A stretch of 64,000 nt of DNA from Candidatus Daviesbacteria bacterium (GCA_016186955.1 JACPKP010000006.1:4055-68054), one strand, 5' to 3'. Shown: positions 27,318 through 40,963, counted from the stretch's first letter. Numbers and translations are program-made. The notes: generated by a model from the sequence alone, not told the origin.

Positions 27318-30017
27318 TTACTTGCCTGTAAGAAAATCCCAAATAATCTGCCAATAACTACGCTCTGTGCTCACACCTGAAACACCCGGGGTTGGGTAAG
27401 CATAACTAGGTGTGCCATAAGATGGGGTGTCATAGCTTGGGGTGCCATAGGATGGAGTTCCATAAGATGGGGTGTCATAGCTTGGTGTGCCATAAGATGG
27501 AGTAGCATATGAGTCACTAGGGGTGCCATAACTAGGCGTACCATAAGATGGGGTTCCATAGGAAGGGGTGCCATAACTTCCTGGGGTGGGATAAGCATAC
27601 CCTGGGGTGTAATAAGTCCCACTTGGTGTTCCATAAGTCCCTGGTGTGTAGTAGCTTGGTGATGGATAGCTGTAGCCTGTCCCTGGGGTGGGATAAGCAT
27701 ATGGTGATGGATATGCGTAACTAGCGCCTGGAGTCGGATAATAATAATTTGGCGAAGCATAAGGACTATAGTATGTGCTCGGAGTCACATACCCTGAATC
27801 CGGCGTGATGTAACCGCTTCCAGGAGTATAGTAAGGACTTGTATAAGTGCCTCCCGGAGTGTAATAGGATGGTGAATAATAAGTCGGGGTGTAGTAATTT
27901 GGTGTTGAGTATGGCGTGTAGTAAGACGGGGAAGTATAGGTTGAGCCCTCGGGAGGGGTGTAATATTGCGGGGTTGAATAGGGTGTATAGTAGGTTGGGG
28001 TCGAATAAGGAGTCGGTGTGTAATAAGTAGGAGTGTTGTAAACAGCAGGAGTATAGTAAGAAGGGCTGGTATAAGTACTTCCTGCTGGTGGTGTTGGATA
28101 AGTAGGAGTGCTATAAGCAACCGGAGTATTATAGGCAGGCGGAGTTGGATAAGTTCCTGGTGTGTAATAATTTGGTGTTGTATAAGGAGGCGGCGGGGTA
28201 TAGTAGGACGGGCTTGTATAATTTGAACCTGCTGGAGGAGTGTAATAGGTTGGGGTTGAATAGGTTGGAGGAGTGTAATAGGTTGGGGTTGAATAACCTC
28301 CGCCTGTCCATGGTGTGTAGTATCATGGTGTGTAGTATTGCGGTGTGGTGTAGGTTGGTGGGGTTGTATAACTCGGTGTAGTGTAAGTAGAACCTGCTGG
28401 AGGAGTGTAATAATAAGGAGTCATATACTGAGGAGGTGTGTAGTAATAAGGTGTTGTGTAATTTGAACCTGCTGGAGGAGTGTAATAAGAAGGCGTTGAA
28501 TAAGTTGGGGTTGGGTATGCACCGGTCGGCGTTGGGTAATTATTCCATGGTGTGTAGTAATTTGGTGTTGTGTAATTTGAACCTGCTGGAGGAGTGTAAT
28601 AAGAAGGCGTTGAATAAGTTCCTGGTGTGTAGTAATTTGGTGTTGTGTAATTTGAACCTGCTGGAGGAGTGTAATACAACGGCGTTGTATAGAAATTAGT
28701 TACAGGTGGTGTCACATACTCAATGTTGTGCGGGGGGGTGTAATAAGTACCCGGAATATAAATGTCGGGTGGCCTGGGCGCCTTTTCATTAAAACCCGGG
28801 CAAGCATCTTTATGATCCTTACAATAATCATAACAACCCCCAGGAGTTGTACAATCACCCATTTCTTTAATCGGTTCATGTTTGACTTCTGTACCAGGGG
28901 TAAAATAAACATAGGGCGTATAATCATCTGTAGGTCTTTGGGAATTACCATCAAATCCTTTGCAGCTTTCAGCCGTTGGGTTTGCCTTACAATAGTCATA
29001 ACATTCACCAGGCGTTTTACAATTTCCCATATCGGCCCTGGCTTCGAAATGAGCATTGGGTACAGTGGGATCAATTCCATCTGGAGCTTGATCCTGGCAA
29101 GAGTCACCATTCCAGTATTTATCCGCTCCAACACAATCTGTAGCCGGTTTAGTCTCTGAAACTGCAGTACATGCTCCTCCCGGCCCATGAAATTCATTAG
29201 AGGGACAAACAAACGGTACATAGTAACCACTTGAATCCGGTGCATAGCTTCTGCATTGGTCCGGATTAGATTCACAATAATTTCTACATGAAGTTACATC
29301 CGTACAACCGCCAGGTCCCCGGAAATCATTTCCCGGGCTAAAGCTCTGGCATGCTTTAAAATTGTTTGGATCAGAACAAAAGGAACCACAGGTCTCCGGG
29401 GTTTGACATCCCCCCGGACCGCCGGTCTCTTTTCCACCCAATAATCCTGTTTTATTAGCAAATTCATTACATTTATCCTGATTGTTCGGATCAGCACAAA
29501 AAGCGCTACAATTCTCTTTAGAATCACAACCCAAATCCTGTTTTGCAGTTTCTAATATCTCTTTTTTATCAGGTTGTTTGACATACCCTCCCAAGATATC
29601 ATGCCTTTTAGCATAGGATTCGCAAGTATCATGGTTGTCATCTTTCGAACAAAAATCCAAACAAGCGCTTGTGGAACCACAACCCAATTCTTTATTTGTA
29701 TCATCCCAAAATTTTGTATCACCATAAACAGTAGGATCATCTTTATAAAAACCGTTTTGCTTCGCATATTCAGAGCAATTATTGTAATTTATCGGGTCAT
29801 TACAAAAATTTGTGCAATCTTCCAGGTTTTTACAACTTCCTAAATCAATAATGGGGTAGGTCAAATCCTGAGAAGTACTATTTGTTGTGCCATTTGATGT
29901 CGGAGATGCTGGTTGTGCATAAATAATGTTTGTAAAAATCAATAAAAGAAAAGCAACTAAAAATAAGGTTAAAGTTTTAGTTAAATTCAAGGATAGGTCT
30001 TTTGTTAAATTGTTCAT
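27318..30017 (-). pseudogene. secreted Cys-rich plus Y-x-T-P repeat surface protein, paralog B, split by one in-frame TGA at 28323-28325
   Basis: Frame stays open from 28322 to the stop at 27318 and ends in VSGVS...WQIIWDFL, like paralog A. Confidence 0.8.
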
Positions 30018-30253
30018 TTGTTTAAAAATGGATTTTTATATGCCTGAAAAGGGTTAAGATATTGGGTGTCTTTGTTGAAAGGATTACGGTACCCGGTTTT
30101 TAAGGTTACTTTGGGGCTTTGTTTTTTACTTAAACCCGGAAGATTTTTAAAAGGGTTATTAATAAAACCGAAATAAATAAGGAGGCTGCCCGCAATAACA
30201 AGCAGTAACAACAACGGTAATGCTAGATGAATTACTCCTTTTTGTTTCCCCAC
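30014..30253 (-). CDS. small prepilin-like protein with three NPF repeats
   Basis: QKG|VIHL + hydrophobic helix; YRNPF...YLNPF..YKNPF; paralog of 24356..24622. Confidence 0.75.
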   Translation of the reverse strand: MGKQKGVIHLALPLLLLLVIAGSLLIYFGFINNPFKNLPGLSKKQSPKVTLKTGYRNPFNKDTQYLNPFQAYKNPFLNK

Positions 30254-30325
30254 TCTATTAAAACTTTCTTATATATTGTAATCTTGCTCACAATTATTTA
30301 TGCTTGTCAAGAGGCAATTTTTTAT

Positions 30326-30400
30326 GAAGCTCCACGGTTAAAACCGTGGTTTTCTGCTTTTTGCTGATGAATCTACCCACGACTTTACAGTCGGGGTTTT
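30326..30400. repeat. IS200/IS605-end-like hairpin pair overlapping the 3' end of the Crp gene
   Basis: ccacggtt-aa-aaccgtgg and cccacgact-ttac-agtcgggg. Confidence 0.5.
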
Positions 30401-31054
30401 ATCGAGATAAAAGGCATACTCTTCCTCTAATTTTGACAAATCATAAATAAATAATTTTTTACCGACGTAACCAATTAGATTATTATCCCGAAGTTTTTTA
30501 AATTCCTTGGTCACTGACTCCCTAGCCAGACCTGCTTGATAAGCCAGTTGTTCATGGGTAGGGGAGTAGTCAAAAGTAACTTTACCATTGATATTTTTAC
30601 CAAACCTTTTTGAGTAGATAATCAGATGAGTTATGATTTTTAAATATGCATCACCCAAAAGCAATACTTCCACTCTCTGAAAAAATCCATCCAACCCCAG
30701 GTATATTCTTTTTAACAAATCCAGCATAATATCCGGGTTATTCTTTAAAAATTTTTTAAAATAAGTTTTGGGGGCAAAATACCCTTCAACCTCTGATAAA
30801 GCATCATAACTATACTTATCCTGAATATTCCTTAATATTAAAGACATCGGAAATAGGGAGTAGGGTTTATAAATATTCAGTGTCAGCCGGTTATCGTTTA
30901 AAGCGCTAAACATCCTGACTGCCCCTTTTGTTAAGAAAAATATTTTTTTACTCTTCGGATTGATCACTTGTTTTCCCCTGGCAAAAGTCTTTAACCGATA
31001 TTTACTAAAAAAAGATAAAAGTAGTGTTTGAACCTTAGGATGCATAGAATTCAT
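30338..31054 (-). CDS. Crp/Fnr family transcriptional regulator
   Basis: cNMP-like beta barrel; THEQLA...GLARESVTK HTH. Confidence 0.92.
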   Translation of the reverse strand: MNSMHPKVQTLLLSFFSKYRLKTFARGKQVINPKSKKIFFLTKGAVRMFSALNDNRLTLNIYKPYSLFPMSLILRNIQDKYSYDALSEVEGYFAPKTYFKKFLKNNPDIMLDLLKRIYLGLDGFFQRVEVLLLGDAYLKIITHLIIYSKRFGKNINGKVTFDYSPTHEQLAYQAGLARESVTKEFKKLRDNNLIGYVGKKLFIYDLSKLEEEYAFYLDKTPTVKSWVDSSAKSRKPRF

Positions 31055-32274
31055 TGGGAGATAAGCGGGGTAAAATTAGACAAACACTGGTTTTGGAATG
31101 GCTGCTCAATTTTTTTACACCAAAACTCTTTTTGGCTTCTGTCTATCGGGTCTGAGATAATTTGGCTGATAATTGTTTGGTAGCATTCCTGTTTGACGCT
31201 TGGGGGGGTATTTTCGCATATAAATATGGCTTGACCCCGACCGCCAACAGAATAAAATGATCCAGCGTTTACAACAATACAGTTGTCATACCATTTAGCG
31301 CCTGCCTGTTGGCAGAGTTGAAATGCTTTAGAAGGATCGCCATTTGTTAAAGGGTGTATTTGCCTGGCTACATTATCCATACACCAAGCGGCATATTGAT
31401 CATTGCCAACTTCCTGACACAGTTGAGATGTTTTAGCAATATCTCCTTTGTTTATTTGATAAATCCTGGCAGCCTGGTTTAACCAACAACCTTTTTGGTA
31501 TTTTTCTTCAAATGCATTACAGGGAAAATACGGGTCGTTGGACAACCAATCCCTTTTTTGTTCCTTCGCGGTCCCCCAATCATGAACACCAAATAAATTT
31601 TCCATAAAGGCGCCGTTATGACAAGAGCTTAAGGCTTCCGGAAATTTATCTTCTTTTTCATAAAGCCTGTCACAGGTTTTTAATGCCTGCGGTAGATCAT
31701 AATTCCAAATCGCCAGGATCGAGTGGCCAGCTGCATGGACACATTGGAAATACCTAACAGAGGATTCTTTACATTTATCAGTCATCTTGGTGATTGCATC
31801 AAACCCTTGGTCTGATGCAGCCTCAATAATCGCTCCATGATAGCAAGCATAAAGAAAGTAGTCTTTGCACTTTAAAATAGCATCTACTCCGTATTTTTGG
31901 TAGGCATAGAAACCAATCTGATGAACTACCAGATGCCCTTCACCGGTGTGGGGCAGTGGTGAGCGTTCTAAGATTTCTAAGGCTTTCTCCACATCAACCC
32001 TTTCTACTAATTTCCTGGCGGCTTTTAAACGAACTGCCTGTTCAGAGGACATAATATCTTTCATTTCCGGGACATCCTCTTTGGCACCTAAAACAGAATT
32101 GGGGGAAGAATTGTTAAAATTAATTGAAGACTGTTTATTATTCGATTGTAGAGAGGTCTTTTTTGGCTGGTGGCGGTATTCCTGCAGTTGAAAAACAACT
32201 GCCGCAGTAATAAAAAGAAGTAAAATAATTTTAAGGTTGACTTTACTATTTCTTTTATTCCATTTAAACTTCAT
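31051..32274 (-). CDS. membrane-anchored Cys/His-rich repeat protein
   Basis: CYHG, CVHAAGH, CHNGAFMEN; homologous to the repeats in 24673..27264. Confidence 0.8.
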   Translation of the reverse strand: MKFKWNKRNSKVNLKIILLLFITAAVVFQLQEYRHQPKKTSLQSNNKQSSINFNNSSPNSVLGAKEDVPEMKDIMSSEQAVRLKAARKLVERVDVEKALEILERSPLPHTGEGHLVVHQIGFYAYQKYGVDAILKCKDYFLYACYHGAIIEAASDQGFDAITKMTDKCKESSVRYFQCVHAAGHSILAIWNYDLPQALKTCDRLYEKEDKFPEALSSCHNGAFMENLFGVHDWGTAKEQKRDWLSNDPYFPCNAFEEKYQKGCWLNQAARIYQINKGDIAKTSQLCQEVGNDQYAAWCMDNVARQIHPLTNGDPSKAFQLCQQAGAKWYDNCIVVNAGSFYSVGGRGQAIFICENTPPSVKQECYQTIISQIISDPIDRSQKEFWCKKIEQPFQNQCLSNFTPLISQ

Positions 32275-32324
32275 TAATCTTGTATAACAGAACCTGAGAA
32301 AATTTTCCAGATGCTTACTAAATA

Positions 32325-32735
32325 TTAATGTACTCTGTTCTTTCTTTTTACCCGAAGTTGGGCAAGGGATTTCTCCAGGATTGCCAATGTTTCTACATAT
32401 TCTTCATCAGATAATTTTTGTTCCAAAGCTTGCTCAGCTCTTTTTCTGGCTTCCTCAACCTTTTTCTCATCAATCTCATCCTCATCTACAGCCAAATCTG
32501 TCAATATTGTCAGGGTGTTTTCTGCAATCTGCATAAACCCTGCCCCAACAGCCATAACCTGGGTTTTATTCCCATGTTTTATCTTTAATTCTCCGGGAAC
32601 CGTTTTTGCCATCAAATTTGCATGGTGGGGAAGTATACCCAGTTCACCTTCAGATGACGGCAGTGTCACAAGATCAACCAATCCTTCAAAAATCTGCTTT
32701 TCCGGAGTGACAATTTTTAAATTCAGCTGGGACAT
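32325..32735 (-). CDS. atpC: ATP synthase F1 epsilon subunit
   Basis: LKIVTPE, GELGILPHH. Confidence 0.96.
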   Translation of the reverse strand: MSQLNLKIVTPEKQIFEGLVDLVTLPSSEGELGILPHHANLMAKTVPGELKIKHGNKTQVMAVGAGFMQIAENTLTILTDLAVDEDEIDEKKVEEARKRAEQALEQKLSDEEYVETLAILEKSLAQLRVKRKNRVH

Positions 32736-32773
32736 ACTTGGAATTATATTCAATTTATAGTAGCATTGCCAAT

Positions 32774-33139
32774 ATGGCAGAACACGGGTGCGGGGCGATA
32801 ATAATAACCTGTATCGACTACCGCTTTCAGGAATATATCAATAAGTGGATCGGGGAAAATTTCTTGCCCGGCACATATGACAGGGGGGCATTTGCAGGCG
32901 CTGCAAAAAGCCTTGATACCATAGTTGAACAAGTCGGGATATCTGCCAAACTGCACCATATAAAAAAAGTTGTTTTAATCAACCATGAGGACTGCGGGGC
33001 ATATGGGAAAGAGGGGAGAATTGACCAACATATCAAGGACCTTAAAAAAGCCCGTCAAAGAATTACAAAACAGTACCCCATATTTGAAATAGATACCTTC
33101 TATCTTAAACTTGATGGTACTTTTGAACAGGACTTCTAG
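32774..33139 (+). CDS. putative carbonic anhydrase (beta-like Zn ligands)
   Basis: CIDYR ... HEDCGAY. Confidence 0.75.
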   Translation: MAEHGCGAIIITCIDYRFQEYINKWIGENFLPGTYDRGAFAGAAKSLDTIVEQVGISAKLHHIKKVVLINHEDCGAYGKEGRIDQHIKDLKKARQRITKQYPIFEIDTFYLKLDGTFEQDF

Positions 33140-33183
33140 CCCTATAGTTTGACAAACCGGCGGATTTAAGATATAATCATCGC

Positions 33184-33744
33184 ATGATTATTGAATCAAT
33201 TTCCCATACTGTGGAAGTAAAAAGGAATTTTGTGAAACCGGCCGAACAGGTTGTGAGAAAACTTGCAGAGGATTACAGCAAGTCATACATGTCATACAGG
33301 AATGCTGTTTGGCTAGATAATAGTGGTGCTGACTACTTTATTATCGGTAGGATACCGGCGCTGGAATTTCTTTTGCAGTCATTGAACCAAAGCAGACTGG
33401 TCAAACTTGTTAAAATAGGTACGTCGTTTGATCAAATCCAAAATGTAAAATTTGAGTCTTTCCCAATGATAGGCGAAAGCGCTATAAGAGGTGTCCTTGA
33501 ATATTATGAAGCAGCACAATCCGAAGTATGCCGCGCTTACCATGCAAGCATGATATCACCCGGCAACCGGTTTGTGTTGGAAAATTGGCTGGGAGCAAGC
33601 TCGGTATATGAGGAATTTCTGGCTGCAATCGGACAGTCCCAAGCCGCTTTAAGAATCGCAAATTTTGCAATCAACAGATTAAACGCCCAAGTTTTCCACA
33701 AATTAGCACAGAATTCTCAACATGAAAGAATATTTACCCATTGA
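33184..33744 (+). CDS. hypothetical protein
   Basis: TTGACA-17-TATAAT promoter 6 nt before ATG. Confidence 0.65.
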   Translation: MIIESISHTVEVKRNFVKPAEQVVRKLAEDYSKSYMSYRNAVWLDNSGADYFIIGRIPALEFLLQSLNQSRLVKLVKIGTSFDQIQNVKFESFPMIGESAIRGVLEYYEAAQSEVCRAYHASMISPGNRFVLENWLGASSVYEEFLAAIGQSQAALRIANFAINRLNAQVFHKLAQNSQHERIFTH

Positions 33745-34279
33745 CTTCTGTTTAGAATTTAACTTAGAGAGAAATGGTTTAATTTGGAAATTTTTGGGTT
33801 TACCGCTAGCAAATGACACGGGTTTTACTTCACATATGATCAATTACGTTAATTGTTATGTAGATTGGCACGATGTTTATAAAAATCCAAGAGAAGCCAG
33901 AATGCACATGTATTTAGACGGACTTCACCCTCTTGGTTTAGAAAAACCAAACTTTGAAGAAAAACTATTCAGGATGAGAAGATGGGCGGATGCCATTTTA
34001 GCTTTTGATTCAATAATGACGGATGATTATAATCCCAAGATAGATGTTAATGAACTAAAAAAAATGCTAAGTAACAGTACTCTTCCAAGACCCAGTATTT
34101 TAATACATCCAACAGGAAAAGAAAGTTTAATCAAACTTTTTAGTAATTTAGATTGCTTCTATAACCCATACGATAGACATTTGAATACTGCCCCAATCAA
34201 ACATAATTGGAACGGTTTTGTAGACAACGTAAAATCTGGAAAATTTATAGAGGAATGGAAACGTCAAAAAGGGAGATAG
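33722..34279 (+). CDS. hypothetical protein
   Basis: 185-aa ORF overlapping the end of the previous gene. Confidence 0.6.
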   Translation: MKEYLPIDFCLEFNLERNGLIWKFLGLPLANDTGFTSHMINYVNCYVDWHDVYKNPREARMHMYLDGLHPLGLEKPNFEEKLFRMRRWADAILAFDSIMTDDYNPKIDVNELKKMLSNSTLPRPSILIHPTGKESLIKLFSNLDCFYNPYDRHLNTAPIKHNWNGFVDNVKSGKFIEEWKRQKGR

Positions 34280-34341
34280 GTTATTTTAAATCTTCAGCTC
34301 CACCGATCATGATCATATAGAAAACAGTTTTTAGTTAATTT

Positions 34342-34665
34342 TTAATCTCTGATTCTGGTGAATTTTCTTTTAAAATTTTTGCCTGATTTTATTGCTCTTA
34401 AAAGAACTTTCTTTTTATTTTCTACTGACTCATCTTTTAAACGCAGCAATATTACACCGAAATGAACTAATTTTTCTTTGAAGACTAATTCACCAAAATC
34501 TTTGTCCATGGTTAGGAGAATTCTATTTTCTTTATTGGCAATATCTAAAATGTCAGAATCAGGTTTATTTAGAGCTACTTCTATTGCAGAAATTACATCA
34601 AGACCTAAATCTTTTAAGTATTTAGGTATTTGAATACCCAGATTTTCATCTGTTATAAATTTCAT
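34342..34665 (-). CDS. PIN-like toxin (DUF5615 family)
   Basis: MKFITDENL, D-x-x-I, LLTMDKDFGEL. Confidence 0.88.
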   Translation of the reverse strand: MKFITDENLGIQIPKYLKDLGLDVISAIEVALNKPDSDILDIANKENRILLTMDKDFGELVFKEKLVHFGVILLRLKDESVENKKKVLLRAIKSGKNFKRKFTRIRD

Positions 34666-34888
34666 GAAGGTAAGAGACAGCTTGGGATTGGGGTTTGGAA
34701 ACCTGTTTTACAGCATATTCTACAGCTGCTTTAATATCAGCTTCCTCAAGTTGTGGGAAATCTTCTAGAATGTCTTTTATAGTTAACTTCTGAGCTAAAA
34801 GCCTTAAAATTTGCTCCACTGTTATTCTTGTCCCTGCAACAATTGGTTTTCCCAACATAATTTTAGGATCAGTTATAATCTTTGGCAT
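34646..34888 (-). CDS. DUF433 family antitoxin
   Basis: DPKIMLGKPIVAGTRITV, DIKAAVEYA. Confidence 0.92.
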   Translation of the reverse strand: MPKIITDPKIMLGKPIVAGTRITVEQILRLLAQKLTIKDILEDFPQLEEADIKAAVEYAVKQVSKPQSQAVSYLHEIYNR

Positions 34889-34912
34889 AAACTTATTATA
34901 GCATAGAGTGGG

Positions 34913-37226
<2,314 letters not shown>

Positions 37227-37248
37227 ATTTTAAATTGCAAATTAAAAA

Positions 37249-38805
37249 TTATTTTTTATTTGTTTTCTGAAACATCTTCATAAACTCAGTGGTAATTTTC
37301 TCCAACTCTTTAGTCAATTTTTCATCCAACTCTTTTTTTTCAGCAATTTCGCCTAAAAGTTTTTTCTCTTTCAACCTTAAATTTTTGATAAACTCTGTTT
37401 CAATCTCTTTAACTTTTTCAACATCAACCTCATCAAAATACCCGTTTGTGACAACCCAAAGGATAACAACTTGTTCTTCAACAGGAACAGGGGAGTAGGG
37501 CGGCTGTTTTAAAACCTCTGTTATACGCCTACCTCTTTCGATCTGCGCCTTAGTAGAAGCATCCAGATCTGATGAAAACTGGGCAAAAGCAGCCAGTTCC
37601 CTAAATTGGGCCAAATTCAACCTTAATTTCCCCGCAACTGATTTCATGGCTTTAGTCTGGGCTGCACCGCCAACCCTGGACACTGATAAACCCACATTAA
37701 GGGCCGGCCTTGTCCCTGCATAGAATAAATCAGACTCTAGGTAAATCTGCCCGTCTGTAATGGAAATAACATTGGTCGGAATATAGGCGGACACATCTCC
37801 AGCCTGCGTTTCAATAATCGGTAAGGCTGTCAGGGAACCTCCGCCAAAATCCTGGTTTAATCTGGCAGCCCGCTCAAGTAACCTGGAATGCAGGTAAAAT
37901 ACATCTCCTGGATAAGCTTCGCGGCCAGAAGGCCTTCTCAGCAGAAGCGACATCTGGCGGTAAGCCCAAGCATGTTTTGACAAGTCATCAAAAATGACCA
38001 GTGCATCTTTCCCCTGGTCCATAAAATATTCACCGATTGCACAACCTACGTAGGGAGCAAGATATTGCATGGATGCCGGGTCGGAAGCAGATGCCACAAC
38101 CACAATTGTATGGTCCATGGCTTTATTTTCTTCAAGTTTGGCCACAAGCTGGGCAACCTTGGAAACTTTTTGGCCGATTGCCACATAAATACAAATAACA
38201 GGACTTTCACCTCGGGGGTGTCCACCAGACTTAAACCGAGCTTCACCCCCGAGGTGGGCCTGGTTGATGATGGTGTCAACAGCTATTGTAGTTTTACCGG
38301 TATTGCGGTCACCGATAATAAGCTCCCTTTGGCCCCTGCCTATAGGGATCATGCTGTCTATGGCCTTAATGCCTGTTTGAAGAGGGATATCAACACCTTG
38401 GCGGGTTATAACACCTGAGGCAATTTTTTCAACAGGATAATATGTCTTAGTCTTGACCGGACCTTTGCCATCAAGCGGCTGGCCTAAGGCATTAACAACC
38501 CTACCTACCAAAGCTTCTCCAACAGGCACTTCTAAAACCCTGCCTGTTGTTTTTACCAAATCTCCCTCTTTAATTTTGGTAAAATCTCCCAGGATAACCG
38601 CACCAACGTTGTAGGTTTCCAGGTTCAAAGCTAAGCCAAAAATTGACCCGGGGAATTCAATCAGCTCAGAGGCCTGGACATCTGATAACCCTTCTATCCT
38701 GGCAATACCGTCTCCCACTTCCACAACAGTACCGACATTGGTCTTGCCTGCCTTCATTTTCAAACCCTTAATTTCTTTTTCAATCTGGTTGATTATATCT
38801 GACAT
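37249..38805 (-). CDS. atpA: ATP synthase F1 alpha subunit
   Basis: [22 protein letters not shown]. Confidence 0.99.
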   Translation of the reverse strand: MSDIINQIEKEIKGLKMKAGKTNVGTVVEVGDGIARIEGLSDVQASELIEFPGSIFGLALNLETYNVGAVILGDFTKIKEGDLVKTTGRVLEVPVGEALVGRVVNALGQPLDGKGPVKTKTYYPVEKIASGVITRQGVDIPLQTGIKAIDSMIPIGRGQRELIIGDRNTGKTTIAVDTIINQAHLGGEARFKSGGHPRGESPVICIYVAIGQKVSKVAQLVAKLEENKAMDHTIVVVASASDPASMQYLAPYVGCAIGEYFMDQGKDALVIFDDLSKHAWAYRQMSLLLRRPSGREAYPGDVFYLHSRLLERAARLNQDFGGGSLTALPIIETQAGDVSAYIPTNVISITDGQIYLESDLFYAGTRPALNVGLSVSRVGGAAQTKAMKSVAGKLRLNLAQFRELAAFAQFSSDLDASTKAQIERGRRITEVLKQPPYSPVPVEEQVVILWVVTNGYFDEVDVEKVKEIETEFIKNLRLKEKKLLGEIAEKKELDEKLTKELEKITTEFMKMFQKTNKK

Positions 38806-38807
38806 TT

Positions 38808-39203
38808 TTAACTTCTTATTACGTTTCTGACTTGTTCAATCCTGTTGGCAAAAGTGTCCTCAAAAACTTCATCACCTATCTTAAGCCTAAAACCTCCCAA
38901 AAGTTCCGTGTTGATAACAATTTCGGTTTCAAAAATTTTCTGGTTCATACTGATTAATTTAGTTATCCCATTAAGTTGATGTTTTGATAACGGGTAAGGA
39001 ACTTCAACAATCAGCCGGTGTTTATCCAGCTCATTTTTAATAAGTTTCATATATAAGTTTAATGATTCAACCGCTTCACCCTTAGGCTGTTTTTTTAAAA
39101 GGTCTAAAAACATCCTAACCTTTTGGGCGCTTAACTTATCATTTACAAAACTCTCCCTTGCAAGTTTGATAATTAAATTTTTTAAGTTGGCATTTTTAGT
39201 CAT
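38808..39203 (-). CDS. atpH: ATP synthase F1 delta subunit (short)
   Basis: [16 protein letters not shown]; operon position. Confidence 0.88.
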   Translation of the reverse strand: MTKNANLKNLIIKLARESFVNDKLSAQKVRMFLDLLKKQPKGEAVESLNLYMKLIKNELDKHRLIVEVPYPLSKHQLNGITKLISMNQKIFETEIVINTELLGGFRLKIGDEVFEDTFANRIEQVRNVIRS

Positions 39204-39205
39204 TT

Positions 39206-39697
39206 TTAAAGTTTTTTAATAGCGCTATCAACTACCTCTTGCTGTTTTTTAAGATCCAATGAACCTGCAATAACTTTCCTCAAACTAACAATAACTACCT
39301 CAGACAACTCTTCCCTCATCTCCTGTTGCATCTTCTCCCGCTCTGATACTATCGCCTGCTGGCCTTTGGCCAGCATATCTTTAATGTCCAACTGTGCTCT
39401 TGCATGGGCATCCGCTAAAACCTGTTCCCCTGATTTTGTAGCTTCATCTATAATTTTTTTAGCATCATTTGCAGCCACTCTTAAAACCTTTTCTTTCTCC
39501 TCTTCGGTTTTTAAGAGTTTTTTTTCAATCTCCTCCGCATTTTTTAAGCTTTGGGCAATGGTATCCTTACGCTCTTTTAACACCTTAAGGATTGGCTTAT
39601 AAAGCAGCTTTTTAAGTATAAAAAGCAGCGCCAAAAAATTAACTATCTGGGCTGCAAGCAGTATAGGTTGTACACCAAAATCTTTTAAAAAATCCAT
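39206..39697 (-). CDS. atpF: ATP synthase F0 subunit b
   Basis: QIVNF...LYKPI...R; coiled coil. Confidence 0.96.
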   Translation of the reverse strand: MDFLKDFGVQPILLAAQIVNFLALLFILKKLLYKPILKVLKERKDTIAQSLKNAEEIEKKLLKTEEEKEKVLRVAANDAKKIIDEATKSGEQVLADAHARAQLDIKDMLAKGQQAIVSEREKMQQEMREELSEVVIVSLRKVIAGSLDLKKQQEVVDSAIKKL

Positions 39698-39704
39698 AGA
39701 GAAT

Positions 39705-39809
39705 TAAATACGAAATTCGAATATCGAAATTAGAAACAAATTCAAAAATTAAAATTAAAACATTTTAATTTCAGTCTTATTTCGTATTTCGGATTTCGTG
39801 CTTCGTATT

Positions 39810-39810
<1 letters not shown>
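39705..39810. repeat. inverted heptamer-repeat hairpin
   Basis: aaatacgaaattcgaatatcgaaat ... atttcgtatttcggatttcgtgcttcgtattt. Confidence 0.65.
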
Positions 39811-40040
<230 letters not shown>

Positions 40041-40164
40041 TTAGCGGTTTCAATCAGCGTTTTACTGCCGAATTGTCCACTACAACCTTTAATTTGTATT
40101 CCCTCCTTTCTTTAAATTTTTAATTTTAACTTGCATTTTTGACCTTTTATTTTTGAATTTTGGC

Positions 40165-40887
40165 TTAATGGCTTTCGTGTTTTTCGCTCAAAAGCACCAT
40201 AAAAACCAGCGTCAGCATCATAAATACCGCAGCTTGTACAAACCCAACTATAATCTCCAGAAAATAAAAGGGGAGCGGCAGCAGGAAAGCAGCAATGTTT
40301 GAGATTGTTGCCAAAACTACCTCTCCTGCAAATATATTACCAAAAAGCCGAAAGGAAAGCGACATTATCTTGGTAAACTCAGATACTATCTCCAACATCC
40401 CGACGAAAAGGAAGATCGGGTTTAGCGAAACCCAGCGGATTAGATAATTTTTAATGCCCAGATATTTTACCGCCAGGATATGGGTTGCCGCTGCGGAAAC
40501 CAGCGCCAAAGCCAAGGTAGTATTTAAATCTGAGTTCATTGAGCGAAGAAGCGGCGCCCCATTAAAACTGATGGTGGAAAACCCCGGTAATAGGCCGAGG
40601 AGGTTTCCCATCACAATCAGCAGGAAAAAAGTCATGACAATTGGAAAAATAACAGCAGTTTTAGAGTGTGCCAGGTCTTCAACGGTCTGAAACCCCAATT
40701 CTACAACCATCTCAAAAAAGTTCTGGATCCCAGAAGGAACCTTCTGAATTCTCCTGGTTGCCAGAAAACTTAGTATTACCAAAAACCCCATTGTTATCCA
40801 GGTTACAAGCAGAGTATTGGTTAAAGGCAGGCTGCCGATTTGTCCGATAATTTCCGGTTTCAAAACTATTTCATTTTCCATATTCAA
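40165..40887 (-). CDS. atpB: ATP synthase F0 subunit a
   Basis: SLSFRLFGNIFAGE, VQAAVF. Confidence 0.97.
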   Translation of the reverse strand: MNMENEIVLKPEIIGQIGSLPLTNTLLVTWITMGFLVILSFLATRRIQKVPSGIQNFFEMVVELGFQTVEDLAHSKTAVIFPIVMTFFLLIVMGNLLGLLPGFSTISFNGAPLLRSMNSDLNTTLALALVSAAATHILAVKYLGIKNYLIRWVSLNPIFLFVGMLEIVSEFTKIMSLSFRLFGNIFAGEVVLATISNIAAFLLPLPFYFLEIIVGFVQAAVFMMLTLVFMVLLSEKHESH

Positions 40888-40963
40888 TCCTAAGTATTGT
40901 AACCAATAGCAAGGTGACGAGTCAACAGATTCAACTGTAGAAGTTTAGGAGTTGTCAAAACTT

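Noticed and set aside
28323-28325. Selenocysteine codon
   Set aside because: Context is a Tyr/Thr/Pro stalk rather than a Cys position, and no SECIS-like hairpin is evident
27400-28700. CRISPR-like or non-coding tandem repeats
   Set aside because: Repeats vary at third codon positions and encode Y-x-T-P peptides; no unique spacers or cas genes
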